From a virus (taxonomy: Duplodnaviria; Caudoviricetes), in the IMG/VR virus record IMGVR_UViG_3300019877_000084, positions 1 through 54,236 of that record: a stretch of 54,236 nt of DNA. One strand, written 5' to 3'. A program made the position numbers and the translations under genes. The notes under the pieces were generated by a model that saw only the letters and a list, made by a program, of their open reading frames with translations, had not been told where the DNA came from and did no database searches. Positions 53,505 to 54,236 of the stretch are shown here, piece by piece. Numbering within the stretch: the first letter of the stretch is position 1; each line of letters begins with the position of its first letter.

Positions 53505-54236
53505 TTAAGGGGCTATCTTTGCAATAATCATGTCAGCGAGAACGATAAAATAACGCTTACCCTCGATGGTTAAGAGGCTTTTTAAGTTAGGCTTGTACAA
53601 GACACGGTCACCCTCATTTAGGTATCGGGTGTCCCCACGTAATGGTTTTCCAATGTGCCTGACTATTGCCTGTCTGTCCTTCTGTTGAGGCACAACTTTG
53701 GATTGGATCCAGAATTTTTTATCCTTCAGTATGAATTTCCCGTCTAGCCCCTTAACATTACTGTAGGTCTTAATAAGGATGTCATCAAATTCCTCCATGA
53801 CAGGCTCAAGAAATACGTGACTACCAATAGGTAATATTTTACCATCACGCATCGTGCAGTATATATGATCGTATGGGCAACGAAAAATGTACTCACGGTC
53901 ACCACTTTTATTTTTGGTCTCCGCTATTAAATTACGACGGTTGTGCAATACTCTCCATTTAAACCAAATTTTGTCATTCAGCCTAACCTCAGGCTCAATG
54001 TCGGACATTACCTTGTAATTGTAGTACCCCTGGCTGTAAAGCGAGGTTGATATCGTCTCATCAGAATCGTGGTCTGGAATATGTCTGATTGGGCCGTAAC
54101 CCGGAAACCCTATACTGGTTTGAAATATTGGCTGTCCACCCATAAATAACGGCTCCTGGATTACCGTCCCGCTAATCCTTGCGCGTTGCTCAGGCCGGTA
54201 TGTCACATCCGACACCAGTGGTATGTTATCAATACC
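53505..54236 (-). CDS. GroES-like protein with tandem domains (5'-truncated by the window)
   Basis: PEVRLNDKIWF...YDHIYC and PIGSHVFLEP...AIVRHIGKP...LNEGDRVLY...IEGKRYFIV...IIAKI; frame open to the window end. Confidence 0.7.
   Translation of the reverse strand, partial: GIDNIPLVSDVTYRPEQRARISGTVIQEPLFMGGQPIFQTSIGFPGYGPIRHIPDHDSDETISTSLYSQGYYNYKVMSDIEPEVRLNDKIWFKWRVLHNRRNLIAETKNKSGDREYIFRCPYDHIYCTMRDGKILPIGSHVFLEPVMEEFDDILIKTYSNVKGLDGKFILKDKKFWIQSKVVPQQKDRQAIVRHIGKPLRGDTRYLNEGDRVLYKPNLKSLLTIEGKRYFIVLADMIIAKIAP

Noticed and set aside
1-54236. Stop-codon reassignment as in some crAss-like phages
   Set aside because: The standard code gives long, densely packed ORFs, and TAA, TAG and TGA all act as stops
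1-54236. Prophage integration features (integrase, att sites, host genes)
   Set aside because: None seen in this window; lifestyle cannot be determined

Overview
A 54-kb segment of a tailed dsDNA bacteriophage, most likely infecting Bacteroidota (TAnnTTTG-type promoters, A-rich starts without Shine-Dalgarno, Q+1 signal peptides, DUF3127 SSB). It has a crAss-like/podovirus morphogenesis module on the minus strand: terminase, portal, putative scaffold, major capsid, ring and tail proteins, and ejection proteins that include a 2605-aa polyvalent protein. Between the portal and capsid genes sit a replication block (initiator with internal iterons, T7 gp4/Twinkle-type primase-helicase, SSB, nucleases) and a glycosylation cluster. 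The window also holds a lysis cassette containing a lone response regulator, three GroES-like genes and an initiator tRNA with C33. The strongest unexplained signals are: (1) a non-palindromic 7-mer, CGCCTRA/TYAGGCG, counted by eye about 82 times against roughly 9 expected, and absent from the 8-kb fibre module; (2) five fibre-region proteins, including a 1517-aa fibre/adhesin, with Bacteroidota Sec signal peptides; (3) a G-U-rich pseudoknotted RNA leader ahead of the replication operon. All family calls come from motif recognition by eye; no searches were run.
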